A DNA stretch of 64,000 nucleotides, taken from contig CAVUWD010000006.1 of assembly GCA_963745025.1 (NCBI GenBank), positions 256,001 to 320,000 of the forward strand, in the 5' to 3' direction. A program made the translations under genes and the position numbers. This stretch comes from an uncultured delta proteobacterium (GTDB lineage: Bacteria > Desulfobacterota > Binatia > JACPRU01). The notes beneath the pieces were generated by a model, which had not been told where the DNA came from, ran no database searches, and saw nothing but the letters and a program-made list of their open reading frames with translations. This document shows, piece after piece, positions 28,961 to 41,476 of the stretch; the first letter of the stretch is position 1, and each line of letters opens with the position of its first letter.

Positions 28961-31289
28961 ATGCAGCAACGCGCCCGGACCCCCCGCACTCGGCGCTCGA
29001 TCCGGGCTTTCCTCATGCGTGCTGTCCTCTTCGTCACCGCCCTGACGGCGATCACCGCCGCAGTGATCGGTTTCTTGGCTCTACGCGAGATTCGCAAAGA
29101 TCTTCCGCCCGTGCAGCAGCTCGCCGCGTACCGGCCCGCGGTCGCCTCTCAGGTCTACGCCGCAAACGGAGAGCTCGTCGGCGAGTTCTTCCTCGAAAAG
29201 CGCTACCTCGTCTCCCTCGACAAGATTCCGCTCGTCGTTCGCCAGGCGTTCGTCGCCGCCGAGGACTCGAACTTCTATCATCATCACGGCATCGACTTGA
29301 CCAGCATCGTTCGCGCGTTTCTGAACAACGTGATTGCGGGCGAGGTGGTGCAAGGGGGAAGCACGATCACGCAGCAGGTCGTGAAGTCGCTGCTGCTTTC
29401 GCCCGAGAAGAGCTACGAGCGAAAGCTGAAGGAAGTCCTGCTTTCACTGCGGCTGGAGCGACAGTTCACCAAAGACGAGATTCTCTACATCTACCTGAAC
29501 CAGATCTATCTGGGCTCCGGCGCATACGGCGTTGCCGCCGCCGCACAGGTCTACTTCGGCAAGGACGTGCAGGAGCTGACGCTGCCCGAGGCGGCGCTGC
29601 TGGCCGGTCTACCGCAAGCGCCGAGCCGCACCTCGCCGATCCACCATTCCGAGCGTGCTCGCGTCGCGGGAGCTCTACGTGCTCGAGCGCATGGAAGCCG
29701 CCGGCTACATCCCGCGCGAGCAGCACGAGGTCGCGGCCCGCATCCCGGTCCATGTCGTTGTCGGGCAGCGCCGCCAAACGTATCCTCACGCACCCGATTA
29801 CGTGGAGTACATCCGGCGCCTGCTCGAAGATCGGTACGGAAATCGTGCACCCTACGAGCTCGGACTACGCATCGACACGGCGCTCGACCTCGGCATGCAG
29901 CAGATCGCCGAGAAATCCGTACGCGATGGCCTGAAGGCACTCGACCGCCGCCGGGGATACCGCGGACCCACGCGACGCCTCTCGGAGGCCGAAGCGCAGC
30001 CCTTCCTCGACCAACAAGAGGCGACGGAGCCGAAGGACGGCTATCCCGCCGGGGCGACGGTCGAAGCGCTGGTGATCCGCGCGGCGGCAGACCACGTGAG
30101 GCTCCGAATCGGCGGGCTCGAAGCCGTGCTTCCGGCCTCCGGCATGGCATGGGCTCGCGGCTGGACACCGACACGATTCCGCCCCGGTGACCTGCTGTTG
30201 GTCAAGATCGAGAAGCGAACGACGAGCGCGTTGGAGGTCTCGCTCGATCAGGATCCCGACACCGAGGGAGCGTTCCTCGCCCTCGACGCGCGGAGCGGCT
30301 TGGTGCGAGCGATGGTCGGGGGCTACGACTACTCGCGGAGCCAGTTCAATCGGGCCGTCCAGGCCTATCGGCAACCGGGCTCGGCCTTCAAGCCGCTCGT
30401 TTACGCCGCCGCGTTCGATCGCGGCCTCACACCGGCCTCGATCGTCGTCGATTCCCCCATCGTCTTCGACGACGGCAGCAACCGGATTTGGAAGCCGGAG
30501 AACTACGAGCAGGAGTTTCACGGGCCCACGCGGCTGCGCGAGGCCTTGGTGCACTCGATGAACGTGGTAACGGTGAAGGTCGCACAGCAGATCGGGCTAG
30601 CCTATCTGACCTCGTATCTGCCGCGCTTCGGCTTCGATCGACCCTTCCCGCGCAACCTCTCGATCGCGCTCGGCAGCTCCGAAGTGACGCTACTCGAGTT
30701 GGTGCGTGCCTACGACGCGTTCGCGACCGGCGGCAAGCTCTACGAGCCGATCTTCATCACCCGCATCACCGACGCCGCCGGTAATGTGATCGAGGAGCGC
30801 CGGCCTTCCTCCCAAGACGTGCTCTCGCCCGAAACCGCTTACCTCGTCACCAGCATCCTGAAGAGCGTGATCGAGCGAGGGACCGGGCACCGGGCGCGAG
30901 CGCTCGCGCGCCCCGCGGCGGGTAAGACCGGGACTACGAACGATCAGATGGACGCCTGGTTCATCGGCTACACGCCAGAGCTGCTCGCCGGGGCGTGGGT
31001 CGGATTCGACGAGAAGAAGAGCCTCGGCAAGGAAGAGACCGGCGGCCGCGCCGCGGTCCCGATCTGGCTCGAGTTCATGCAGCAGGCCACCGAGACGATG
31101 CCGATCACGGACTTCACGATTCCGTCGGATATCGTCTTCGTGAACATCGACGGCAAAACCGGGCAGCGCGCCGTGCCGGGAGACGGGAACGTCATGCTCG
31201 AATGTTTCCGACGAGGTAGCGAGCCGGAGCAGATGGTGCAACGGGTTCAAGGCCCGCCGCCGGACGATTTCTTCCGCGGCGACTTCTAG
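28961..31289 (+). CDS. mrcA: Penicillin-binding protein 1A, frameshifted near 29660
   Basis: Transglycosylase motifs (AEDSNFY, QGGSTITQQ) in ORF 28961 and transpeptidase motifs (GSAFK, SMN, KTG) in ORF 29655-31289. Confidence 0.85.
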
Positions 31290-31334
31290 CGAGTCCTGAA
31301 TCAGCTGACGATCGTCGGGCCGATGGAAACGCGC

Positions 31335-31379
31335 GTTCGTTTGCGGTCGACCCGAGTACGGATCGACGGAAAGAGGAAC
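31335..31379. repeat. Single-hairpin remnant of the MITE family (copy C)
   Basis: GGTCGACCCGAGTACGGATCGAC with the same GAGTAC loop, between convergent genes. Confidence 0.6.
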
Positions 31380-31404
31380 CGCTGTCCTCCACTGGATTTC
31401 CGTC

Positions 31405-32427
31405 TCAGATCCGCCAGTAATGCCGAGCGATCTCGAGCGGCTGCCGCAGGTCCGGTGGGTCGCCGACGGGCGGCGAAACGGTTTCGCCGAGCTGCTCGCC
31501 CCGCATCTCGGAGAGGACGGCGGCGATCGAGCGTGTGAGCCCCTCGAGGTCGTAGCCGCCCTCGAGCACTGCCACGAATCGGTCCTGGCAAACCTCCCGC
31601 GCGGTTCGCAGCAGCACTCGGGCGATAGCCGCGAAGCCGTTCTCCGTCACCTCCATTCCGGCGAGCGGATCTCGGCGATGCGCGTCGAAACCCGCTGAGA
31701 CGAGGATGAACTCGGGCGCGAACTGCCGTGCGATCGGCTCGACGACGTCGAGAAACGCCTGCACGTACTGCCGATCGCCGTAGCCGGCGGGGAACGGCAG
31801 ATTCAGGGTAAAGCCCTCGCCTTCTCCCGCGCCCACTTCGCGCGCGGCGCCGGTCCCAGGGTAGAAGGGATATTGATGCGCAGAAACGAACATCACGCTC
31901 GGGTCGCGATAAAAGGAACGCTGGGTGCCGTTTCCGTGATGAACGTCCCAATCGACGACCAGCACGCGACGTAGGCCGTGTGCGGCGCGCAAGTGCGCCG
32001 CCGCGAGCGCGACGTTGTTGAAGAAGCAGAAGCCCATCACGCGGTCGCGCTCGGCGTGGTGTCCGGGCGGGCGAACCAGGGCGAATCCGTTGGACACGCG
32101 CCGCGCCATCACGGCGTCGACGAGCGCGAGCACGCCGCCGGCGGCTCGGCGCGCGGCGACGAACGTGCCGGCGCACGCCGGAGTGTCCGCGTCGAATGCG
32201 AAATGGGCGAGCCGAGCGGTGGCAGCGACGCGCTCGACGTGCTCTGGAACGTGGATACGCGCGAGTTCTTCGACGCTCGCGTCACGAGCGGGAATGCGGA
32301 TCCAATCCGGCGAAGGCTCCGATTGGAGGAGCCGGCCGACCGCTCGCAACCGGTCCGGCCGTTCGGGGTGGCCGGCGCCCGTGTCGTGCTCGAGGTAGCT
32401 GTCGTCGGTGACGATCCCCGTCTTCAT
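31405..32427 (-). CDS. Histone deacetylase-family (HDAC-like) amidohydrolase
   Basis: HPERPDRL, RPPGHHA, GFCFFNN, DWDVHHGNGT and LEGGY. Confidence 0.92.
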   Translation of the reverse strand: MKTGIVTDDSYLEHDTGAGHPERPDRLRAVGRLLQSEPSPDWIRIPARDASVEELARIHVPEHVERVAATARLAHFAFDADTPACAGTFVAARRAAGGVLALVDAVMARRVSNGFALVRPPGHHAERDRVMGFCFFNNVALAAAHLRAAHGLRRVLVVDWDVHHGNGTQRSFYRDPSVMFVSAHQYPFYPGTGAAREVGAGEGEGFTLNLPFPAGYGDRQYVQAFLDVVEPIARQFAPEFILVSAGFDAHRRDPLAGMEVTENGFAAIARVLLRTAREVCQDRFVAVLEGGYDLEGLTRSIAAVLSEMRGEQLGETVSPPVGDPPDLRQPLEIARHYWRI

Positions 32428-32468
32428 GGGCCTTCTCCCCCGGACGAGTCTCCTATAGCCTCGACAGC

Positions 32469-32747
32469 GTGCGGGATCCATCCGACGCCTTCGTAGCGAG
32501 CGCCGATGACGAGCACATCCGACACGAGCGTGCCCGAGCCCGGGAGCTCCGACGCAGCCAGTGGTGGAAGCGTCAGCGAGCAAAGGGGACCTGCCACTAC
32601 TGCGGTGGCCGGTTTGCAGCGCAGGCGCTCACCATGGATCACATCGTCCCGCTCGTCCGCGGCGGGCGGTCCACCAAAGGAAACGTCGTCCCGGCGTGCA
32701 AAGCCTGCAACACTGGGAAGAAGTACAGGCTCCCCTGGGAGCTGTGA
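32469..32747 (+). CDS. Small HNH endonuclease
   Basis: CHYCG...TMDHIVP..RGG....NVVPACKACN. Confidence 0.85.
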   Translation: MRDPSDAFVASADDEHIRHERARARELRRSQWWKRQRAKGTCHYCGGRFAAQALTMDHIVPLVRGGRSTKGNVVPACKACNTGKKYRLPWEL

Positions 32748-32873
32748 CACCCACCCAAGAGGATCCGATCCGGTAGCGCACGACTTTTCTTCGCCAGCGT
32801 CTGGCCGTCGGCGGAGACCGAAGACCGATCGCCATCTGTTGACTGTCGAGCGACGACCGTCGAGTATTGACGG

Positions 32874-34261
<1,388 letters not shown>

Positions 34262-34759
34262 CCACTTCGGCAATCTCGAATTCGGTCATTCCGATCGTAT
34301 CGCCGCTACACTCCGCCGAGTACCGATGACCGGGCTCGAGGGGCGGAGCCGGAGAACCCGCAGGAGTCGCCTGCACGAATCCCGGCGGCAGAGAGCCGTA
34401 GCGAAGCTCGAGCACCGGTCGGTCAGGTGCCACGCTGAGCACGCGCCAGAGCTCAGCCGGATACGCCGCCGTGTCGGTCCCGGTCTTCGGGGTCTCGTAG
34501 AACACGCATTCGGTGATCGCCACCGGCGCGTAACCCTTGTTCCAGCGTACCGAAGCTCTTGCGCAGCTCCACCCGCACCGGCTGAACGCGCGGATCGACG
34601 AAGAGATAGTCCGGCGCCGGCGTGCAAGCCGCACCGCTAAACACAGCGGCCGCCGCGCCGCCGAGGACCCACCCCCTGACGTCCATCTCGCTTTCGCTCC
34701 GGGCTTTGTATACTGAGTTTCGTCGCCGCCATGAAGACGCAATGAAAAGACAACGACAA

Positions 34760-34810
34760 GGCTACAGGAAGCGATTCGCGAAGTCTTTCCCGTAGCCTTA
34801 GCCTGTAGCC
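34760..34810. repeat. Heptamer-palindrome repeat copy
   Basis: GGCTACAGGAAG...TTCCCGTAGCCTTAGCCTGTAGCC. Confidence 0.6.
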
Positions 34811-34832
34811 GATTCTTCGATGGGAGACGATC

Positions 34833-36044
34833 ATGCCCATGCCTCTCGAAGGGATCCGGGTTCTCGATTGGACGATCTGGCAGCAAGGGCCGGTTTGCTC
34901 GGCGATCCTCGGCGATCTCGGCGCCGACGTGATCAAGATCGAAGAGCGCGTCGGCGGGGATCCCGGGCGGGGATTGCTCCGTCTCGCCGGGCTCGAGACG
35001 GGCGACCGGCCGAACTTCTACTTCACGGCCAACAACCGCAACAAGCGTGGCATCACGCTCGATCTAAAAAAGCCCGAAGCGCGCGAGATCATCTACCGCC
35101 TCGCCAAGACCTCCGACGTGTTCGTACAGAACTTTCGCAAGGGCGTCGCCGATCGACTCGGGATCGGCTACGCCGACTTGAAAACGCACAACCCGCGTAT
35201 CATCTACGCGAGCGCGAATGGCTACGGCCCTCGCGGTGCCGAGTGCGCCTCCCCGTCTTTCGATTACCTCGGGCAAGCGCGCTCCGGGATCATGCTCGCC
35301 GCGGGCGAGCCCGACATGCCGCCCTGCGCGATCGCCGGCGGCATCGCCGACCAGATGGGCGCGATCCTGTTGGCCTTCGGCGTGGTCACGGCGCTTCATG
35401 CCCGTGAACGGTTCGGTGTCGGTCAAGAGGTCAATGCGTCGCTGCTGTCGAGCATGATGTTTCTACAGGGGCTGAATCTCTCGGCTCGGCTGATCCTCGG
35501 CAATCACATGCCTCGCGCTTCGCGGAGCTGGACGTTCAACCCGCTGTGGAATCACTACCGATGCGCGGATGATCGCTGGATCGCGCTCGGCATGTTGCAG
35601 GCCGACCGCTACTGGAAGAACTTTTGCCGGGCCCTCGGCGCCGACGGGCTGGCCGATGACCCGCGCTTCCAAGACACGCCGTCACGTATGGCCAACGCGG
35701 GGGAGGCGATCGCGGGATTGGCGGCGGCGTTCGAGAAGAAGCCGCTGACCGAATGGATCGAAATCCTGCGCGAGTCAGGAGACTTCATCTTCTCGCCGGT
35801 GCAGAGCGTCAACGAGCTGCCCGACGACCCCCAGGTCAAAGCCAACGACTACGTCGTCGACTTCGAGCACCCCGCTTTCGGCCCGATCCAGATGATCGGC
35901 ATGCCCTTCCAACTCTCGGCGACACCGGGTGGCATTCGCAGCGCGGCTCCCGAGTTCGGGCAACACACCGAGGAGATCCTCACGCAGGATCTCGGCCTCT
36001 CGTGGGACGAGGTCGCGGCGCTGAAGCAGAAAGAGGTCGTGTAG
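34833..36044 (+). CDS. CaiB/BaiF family III CoA-transferase
   Basis: LEGIRVLD, DLGADVIKIE, NRNKR, IADQMG and APEFGQHT. Confidence 0.92.
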   Translation: MPMPLEGIRVLDWTIWQQGPVCSAILGDLGADVIKIEERVGGDPGRGLLRLAGLETGDRPNFYFTANNRNKRGITLDLKKPEAREIIYRLAKTSDVFVQNFRKGVADRLGIGYADLKTHNPRIIYASANGYGPRGAECASPSFDYLGQARSGIMLAAGEPDMPPCAIAGGIADQMGAILLAFGVVTALHARERFGVGQEVNASLLSSMMFLQGLNLSARLILGNHMPRASRSWTFNPLWNHYRCADDRWIALGMLQADRYWKNFCRALGADGLADDPRFQDTPSRMANAGEAIAGLAAAFEKKPLTEWIEILRESGDFIFSPVQSVNELPDDPQVKANDYVVDFEHPAFGPIQMIGMPFQLSATPGGIRSAAPEFGQHTEEILTQDLGLSWDEVAALKQKEVV

Positions 36045-36047
36045 CAC

Positions 36048-36107
36048 GCTACGGGCTACGGGAAAGACGCATTTGGGTCTTTGCCCGTAGCCCGTAGCCT
36101 GTGGCCC
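36048..36107. repeat. Heptamer-palindrome repeat copy
   Basis: GCTACGGGCTACGGGAAAGAC...GTCTTTGCCCGTAGCCCGTAGCC, a near-perfect hairpin. Confidence 0.7.
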
Positions 36108-36112
36108 TTTTC

Positions 36113-36949
36113 ATGTCGCTCGCTGGCCTACGTGTCGTCTCGTTCGAGAGCCGCCGTTCGGTCGAGATCGCGGAGCTCGTTCGCCGCCACGGCGGAGAGC
36201 CCCGGAGCGCGCCCGCCATGCGCGAGATGCCGCTCCCGGAGAGCCGGGCCGCCAGCGAGTTCGCCGAACGATTGACCCGCGGCGAAATCGACATCGTCAT
36301 CTTCCTGACCGGCGTCGGCACGCGGCTGCTCGTCGAGGCCGTTGCGCCCGCTCTCCCCTCGTCGCGCCTCGCTTCGGCCTTGTCGACGATCATCACGGTC
36401 GTGCGCGGCCCCAAGCCGCGCGCGGCGCTGGCCGAGCTCGGCCTCCGTCCGACGATCGTCGTCCCGGAACCGAATACGTGGCGGGAGCTTCTCGCCGCGA
36501 TCGACGCGCGCGAGTCGGTCTGCGGACGGAGAGTCGCCGTTCAGGAGTATGGCGCAGAAAACCCCGAGCTCATCCGCGGGCTCACCGATCGCGGCGCCAG
36601 CGTCTTCCGCGTGCCGATCTACCGCTGGGCGCTTCCCGAAGACCTCGGGCCGCTGCGCGCGGCGATCGCCGACCTGGTCGCCGGCCGGATCCACGTAGCT
36701 CTGTTCACCAGCGCGATTCAGGTCGAGCACCTCTTTCGGGTTGCGGAGGACGACCAAAGAGACCCGCTGCGCGCGGCGCTCGAGCGGGTCGTCGTCGCCT
36801 CGATCGGGCCGATCTGTACGAAGGCGCTCGCTCTGCATGGCGTGCAGGTGGACCTCGAGCCGGAGCATCCGAAGATGGGGCAGCTCGTACTTGCCGTTTC
36901 CAAGCGTGCCGCGGAGCTGCTTCTGGGCAAGCGCGAAACGCAGCGTTGA
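36113..36949 (+). CDS. hemD: Uroporphyrinogen-III synthase
   Basis: FESRR, FLTGVG, RGPKP, FTSAIQV and SIGP. Confidence 0.8.
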   Translation: MSLAGLRVVSFESRRSVEIAELVRRHGGEPRSAPAMREMPLPESRAASEFAERLTRGEIDIVIFLTGVGTRLLVEAVAPALPSSRLASALSTIITVVRGPKPRAALAELGLRPTIVVPEPNTWRELLAAIDARESVCGRRVAVQEYGAENPELIRGLTDRGASVFRVPIYRWALPEDLGPLRAAIADLVAGRIHVALFTSAIQVEHLFRVAEDDQRDPLRAALERVVVASIGPICTKALALHGVQVDLEPEHPKMGQLVLAVSKRAAELLLGKRETQR

Positions 36950-37147
36950 CGCCCGTTTCAGCCGCTCAAATATTCTGCGGAACCATCGGATCTCGGCGAG
37001 AACGGGCGCCGGTGTCGCGTCGCTTCCGCCGTGGTCGGAGTCGGCCTCTGGTTCGTTCGATGCTCGCGTTCTTTCGGAGCCATCCGCGCGACGTGCGTCC
37101 CTGAGACGCAGCTGGACCTTCGATTCGCTTCTTGTCAAAGTACGTCC

Positions 37148-37702
37148 ATGGACGAGTTCGCGGCACCCGCGCTGATCATCGCCATGCCGGACCTGTTCGA
37201 CCCGAACTTTCACCGCACCGTTGTCCTGCTCATCGAGAATAGCGACCAAGGCGCCTTCGGCGTCGTGATCAATCGCGCCGGAGAAAGCAAAGTGCATGAG
37301 ATCTGTTCGGGCTTGAACGTCGACTGGGGCGGCGACGAAGCGGCGACCGCGCTCTTCGGCGGCCCCGTCGGCACCCAGCAGGGCTTCCTACTGCACGGCG
37401 AGATCCCGGACGACGTGGTCGTGAACTCCCGCGAGGTGTCTCCCGGGGTTCGCATCGCTTCGGACATGGAGACGTTTCGTACGCTCTGTCGGCGGCCGCC
37501 GACCGAGTTCCGAATTCTTCTCGGCTACGCCGGCTGGGCACCCGGGCAACTCGAGGTCGAGATGCGCAGCGGAGCGTGGCTGACCGCCCGCGCCGTCCCG
37601 GACCTCGTGTTTCACACACCCCTAGAGTCGATTTGGGAGCGAACGCTGCGCGGCCTCGGCATCGATCCATCGATGCTGGTCGCCGGCAGCGGGGTGCACT
37701 GA
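37148..37702 (+). CDS. YqgE/AlgH family protein
   Basis: DPNFHRTVVL, GGPV and LGYAGWAPGQLE. Confidence 0.9.
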   Translation: MDEFAAPALIIAMPDLFDPNFHRTVVLLIENSDQGAFGVVINRAGESKVHEICSGLNVDWGGDEAATALFGGPVGTQQGFLLHGEIPDDVVVNSREVSPGVRIASDMETFRTLCRRPPTEFRILLGYAGWAPGQLEVEMRSGAWLTARAVPDLVFHTPLESIWERTLRGLGIDPSMLVAGSGVH

Positions 37703-37928
37703 GGCATTTTCCACCCCCTTCGCCGGGGCGTGGTGATCGGGATCGTCTCGGCGCGCGCGCAGGACCGAGGGAGGATTTGAACGTCCAGTCAGACGTTCGA
37801 ACGCGACCAACGGGAGCCGGGGGCCGTAGGTGTTCGTCCCCAGCACGCGTCGAGACGACCCTTCCTCCCACGAACGGAGAGGGCCGTCTTCGGACTCTGC
37901 GGGGTCCATCGGCTGCTTCCGGCGATTC

Positions 37929-38372
37929 CTACGGGCCGCCGGAAGCAGCCGAGGGCGCCTCTTGCTTCTGCGCCGCGATCGAAATCGCTTGTGCCCCTGC
38001 CCGCTTGGCAAGGTCCATGATGCGGACGGCCTCACCGAGCAGCACCGATTGGTCCCCCTGGAGGATCACCAGCTTCTTCGGATCGTCCGCGAGGAGGTCG
38101 TGGAGCGTGGCCTGGAGCTGCGAGACTTCGACCGGCAGCTGATTGACGAAAATCTTGTTGTCGGCGGTGACCATGACCGTCAAGCCCCGCGCCTCTTGCA
38201 CCGTTTGCGTCGCCTTCGGGAGATTCACCTTCGCCGCCGACTCCACCATCACCGAGGTGGTGATCATGAAGATGATCAGCAGCACGAGAAAGATGTCCGT
38301 GAGCGGAGTGATGTTGATCTCCGCCATGAGCCCTTCCCCCGACTCCTCCGCGCTGAACTTACTTAGCGCCAT
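37929..38372 (-). CDS. exbD: ExbD/TolR family motor subunit
   Basis: EINITPLTDIFLVLLIIFM with the conserved TM Asp; VNLP. Confidence 0.9.
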   Translation of the reverse strand: MALSKFSAEESGEGLMAEINITPLTDIFLVLLIIFMITTSVMVESAAKVNLPKATQTVQEARGLTVMVTADNKIFVNQLPVEVSQLQATLHDLLADDPKKLVILQGDQSVLLGEAVRIMDLAKRAGAQAISIAAQKQEAPSAASGGP

Positions 38373-39039
38373 GGACGCCTCCCAGATCGGCGGCCTCGAG
38401 CACCTTGCCGAGCCCGACGCGTAGCAGCGTGTCGAGGTTCCCGATCTTCACCTGCAGGAAGTTGAAGAAGATGACCGCGATGATCGCGACGATGAGTCCG
38501 AGCGCGGTCGCGATCAGCGCCTCGGAGATCCCCGCGGCAACCACGGCAAAGCCGCCCGTACCCATCACCGCCATCTGATGGAACGCCTTGATGATGCCGA
38601 TGACGGTGCCGAAGAGACCGATGAACGGCGCCGAGGCCCCGATCGTCCCGAGGATCCAGACATCGCGCTTCAAGAGCCGTCCTTCGTCGAGCCGGCGGCG
38701 CTCGCCGTACTCGAGGATCTCTTCGATGTCGCCCATGCGGATGAGCGGCAGCAGCCCCAAATAGATGCGCGCCGCCGGTGCTCTGGTCTGGCTCGCTTCG
38801 ATCAGCTTGGAGGCCGAGGTCAGATCCCCCTTCCGCAGGTGTTGGCAAACGTCTTCGGTGAAATTCTGGATCCCACCCGATAGCCCGCGCATCGACCACA
38901 AGCGCTCGATGACGATGCTCGTCATGACCACCGAGAAGAGGATCAGCGGGTAGGTCGCGTACCAACCCTGGTTGATGAGGTCGATCAGATTGATGTTTGC
39001 TGCGGCTCCCGTTGCGGCTGTGGCTGCTGCACCCTCCAT
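38359..39039 (-). CDS. exbB: MotA/TolQ/ExbB proton channel subunit
   Basis: APFIGLFGTV and GISEALIATALGL. Confidence 0.9.
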   Translation of the reverse strand: MEGAAATAATGAAANINLIDLINQGWYATYPLILFSVVMTSIVIERLWSMRGLSGGIQNFTEDVCQHLRKGDLTSASKLIEASQTRAPAARIYLGLLPLIRMGDIEEILEYGERRRLDEGRLLKRDVWILGTIGASAPFIGLFGTVIGIIKAFHQMAVMGTGGFAVVAAGISEALIATALGLIVAIIAVIFFNFLQVKIGNLDTLLRVGLGKVLEAADLGGVHGAK

Positions 39040-39127
39040 GGGTCCTCCTTCTTAGCCTCTGTTGAGGCCGCCCCCGTGCGCGCGGCCATTCGCGGTGTGA
39101 TCCGATGGGTTCCGTGCTCGCACGCCC

Positions 39128-41476
39128 TTACCCCTTTGGTACGTTGCAGGCCTTGGCGGCCAGATCCTCGAACCGTTTCTTCGTCGGTCGATCGCGCAAA
39201 TCGGGCCGGAATCCGTCGACCTCCTGGACGCTCTTGCACGCCTCGTCGTTCCGTCCTGCCGCGATCAAACTACCGGCTGTCGACAAGCGGGCTTGGTACC
39301 AGGCCGGCGTCGCCACCTCCTGGAGCATCGCCAGGCGCGCCCAATAGTCCGCCGAGTCCGCCGCGGCGTTTCGCCGGTCGGCCACCATCGCTGCGTTGCG
39401 CAGCACGGTCTTCGATTTCGGCGACTCCGTAACCAGGTCGCGATAGAGCACCGCCGCCTCGTCGAGACGCCCTTGTTCGGCGTAGATCTGCGCGAGGTTC
39501 GACTTGACGTCGCCCGGGATCGGCCGCCCGTCGGCTCTCAGGCGATCGAAAATGTTCGCCGCTAGAGCCGCCCACTTCTGCGCCATCGCGGGATCGGTCG
39601 GGGCGGCATCGGCCGAGGTGCGAAGGAAGTTGTGGGCGATCTTTTCGAGCAGGTCGGCGAAGCCGGCATTCTTCTGCACCGGAGGCAGGCTGGCGACTCC
39701 TTTGGCCGCATCGTCGTAACGACCGAGACCGCTGGCCGACGCGAGACGGAGCGCGGTGGCCAGAAGGTGGAGATCGGTCGCGGACGGATACCGCTTCTCG
39801 AAATCCCGCAGCGTCTCCAACGAGTCGGCCAAGCGCGGCGACGGTCCGACACTCTCACTCATCGCCTTGGCCAACGTCGCGCGCGCTCGAAGCTCCGCCG
39901 TCGCCCCCGACCGGCCATCCGCAGCGACCCGTTGAAAGCGCTCGTAGGCCCGCGCCGCGCGAGCGCGGAGCGGGTCCGCCCACGCCTTCTGCGCATCCTT
40001 CGGCGCATCGGACAGCACGTCTGCGAGGCATTGCAGCTCGGCGGCCGCCGCGCGCACCTCGAAGGCCGGCGGACCCTTGACCCGAGCGAATGCATCGGCG
40101 GCTTCCTGGAACTTTCGCTCGCCTTGCAGGATCTCTCCCCAGCGAAACACTCCTTCGTAGGCATTCTCGTGCCGGGGATAGTTCTTCACGTAGTTTTCGA
40201 CGGCGGCCGTGAACAGGCTGCGCGTCTCGACGGTCGGACGCTCGCGGTAGATCCCTTCCGCCGAACGGAACTGGAGGTACGCCGCTTCGGCAGCCAGCCG
40301 CGACTGCGGCGCGGCGTTCAAGTAGGCGCGAAACTCGCGCTCCGCCTCGGAGTAGCGGTTGAGGCGAAAGTAACAGACGCCGAGGCGATGATGCGCCTCG
40401 TTGGCGTGCTGCCGAGCTCCGGGATCCGTGCTGCGCAGCACCGCCTCGTATGCCGGAATCGCTTCCCGGAACTTGTCCACGCTCGCCAGGTTTTCAGCCG
40501 CGATCCATTCGGCCGACACGGTGTTGCCGAGCAGCTGGCGGGGATCCTTAAGGTGCGAGACCGCGATCTCGTAGACCCGCTTCGACCAGCCCGGCCCGAG
40601 CTCGGAGAGTTGCTGGGCGAGCGCGACCGCTTCGCGTCCCTGCGACTCGCTCATTCCGCCCTTGCCCGCGCTCGCCGCCAGCGCTTCGAGGCGCAGCAGA
40701 CGCATCTGGTTCAGCGCCTCCTCCGGCGTTGCGGACGCCGACGCGTCGGCGAGGAGCTTCTGCGTCTCCGCGAGGGCATCGCTGCCGCCAGACCTCGACT
40801 TCGCCTCGGCCAGTACCAGGTTCGCGGGGCCGTAGAGCGGTGATTCCTTGCCGCGCTCGAGGATGGCCTGCAGGTCGCCGATCGCCGCGCCGCGCTCACC
40901 GAGCTCCATTTCGGCCATCGCACGGCCGAGCAAGCTCTCGCCGCTCATCTTCGGGTCCTGCGCGTAGACGAACTCGGAAAACTCCTTGACGCTCTTCTTC
41001 AGCCACTGCGTGCGCCGCTCCTTGTCCTCGGGATGGAGCATGGCCACCCGGTAGTGGAGCCACGACAATTGCCCGGCCGCCGCGAGCGAGAAGCCGCGAT
41101 CGAGCTGCCACCATTTCTGCTCGTAGAGCACCTCGGGATTGCCGTCCTCAGCGATGATGTCGTTCTGCGCCCTGTCGATCCGACCCTGATGAAAATTGTA
41201 GAGCCGCTCGAGCAGCGGCAGCAGCCCGTCAGCGAGACCAACCGCCGAGGATCGCGCCTCCGCAATCCCGGACCGTTGGGACCGTACCCACGTGTCGTAG
41301 CGATTCGCCACCTCGACGGAGACGTCGGCGAGGTTGCCGAAGAGCGCCTGCTCCTCTTGCTCGCCCAGCTGGCCCGCCACCGCGCGATCCACCTCTTCCG
41401 AGAGCTCGGAGAGCGAAGCCGCATTCGCCGCCGGGACGCGGAGGCCGATGATCGTGAGCAGGAGGGCCGGAATCAT
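39128..41476 (-). CDS. Large exported TPR/alpha-solenoid protein
   Basis: Signal-peptide-like N-terminus and TPR motifs such as AHHRLGVCYFRLNRYSEAEREF. The start overlaps the vWA gene stop. Confidence 0.8.
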   Translation of the reverse strand: MIPALLLTIIGLRVPAANAASLSELSEEVDRAVAGQLGEQEEQALFGNLADVSVEVANRYDTWVRSQRSGIAEARSSAVGLADGLLPLLERLYNFHQGRIDRAQNDIIAEDGNPEVLYEQKWWQLDRGFSLAAAGQLSWLHYRVAMLHPEDKERRTQWLKKSVKEFSEFVYAQDPKMSGESLLGRAMAEMELGERGAAIGDLQAILERGKESPLYGPANLVLAEAKSRSGGSDALAETQKLLADASASATPEEALNQMRLLRLEALAASAGKGGMSESQGREAVALAQQLSELGPGWSKRVYEIAVSHLKDPRQLLGNTVSAEWIAAENLASVDKFREAIPAYEAVLRSTDPGARQHANEAHHRLGVCYFRLNRYSEAEREFRAYLNAAPQSRLAAEAAYLQFRSAEGIYRERPTVETRSLFTAAVENYVKNYPRHENAYEGVFRWGEILQGERKFQEAADAFARVKGPPAFEVRAAAAELQCLADVLSDAPKDAQKAWADPLRARAARAYERFQRVAADGRSGATAELRARATLAKAMSESVGPSPRLADSLETLRDFEKRYPSATDLHLLATALRLASASGLGRYDDAAKGVASLPPVQKNAGFADLLEKIAHNFLRTSADAAPTDPAMAQKWAALAANIFDRLRADGRPIPGDVKSNLAQIYAEQGRLDEAAVLYRDLVTESPKSKTVLRNAAMVADRRNAAADSADYWARLAMLQEVATPAWYQARLSTAGSLIAAGRNDEACKSVQEVDGFRPDLRDRPTKKRFEDLAAKACNVPKG

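Noticed and set aside
29640-29670. Programmed ribosomal frameshift in PBP1A
   Set aside because: There is no slippery heptamer, and nearby genes carry similar indels, which points to sequencing error.
32469-32747. HNH nuclease as part of a defence or mobile system
   Set aside because: A stand-alone 92-aa protein among housekeeping genes, with no methylase, ATPase or mobile element adjacent.
37770-37810. tRNA-Sec-like anticodon (TTCAAATCC on the minus strand)
   Set aside because: The flanks do not form acceptor, D or T arms; it is a short local hairpin.
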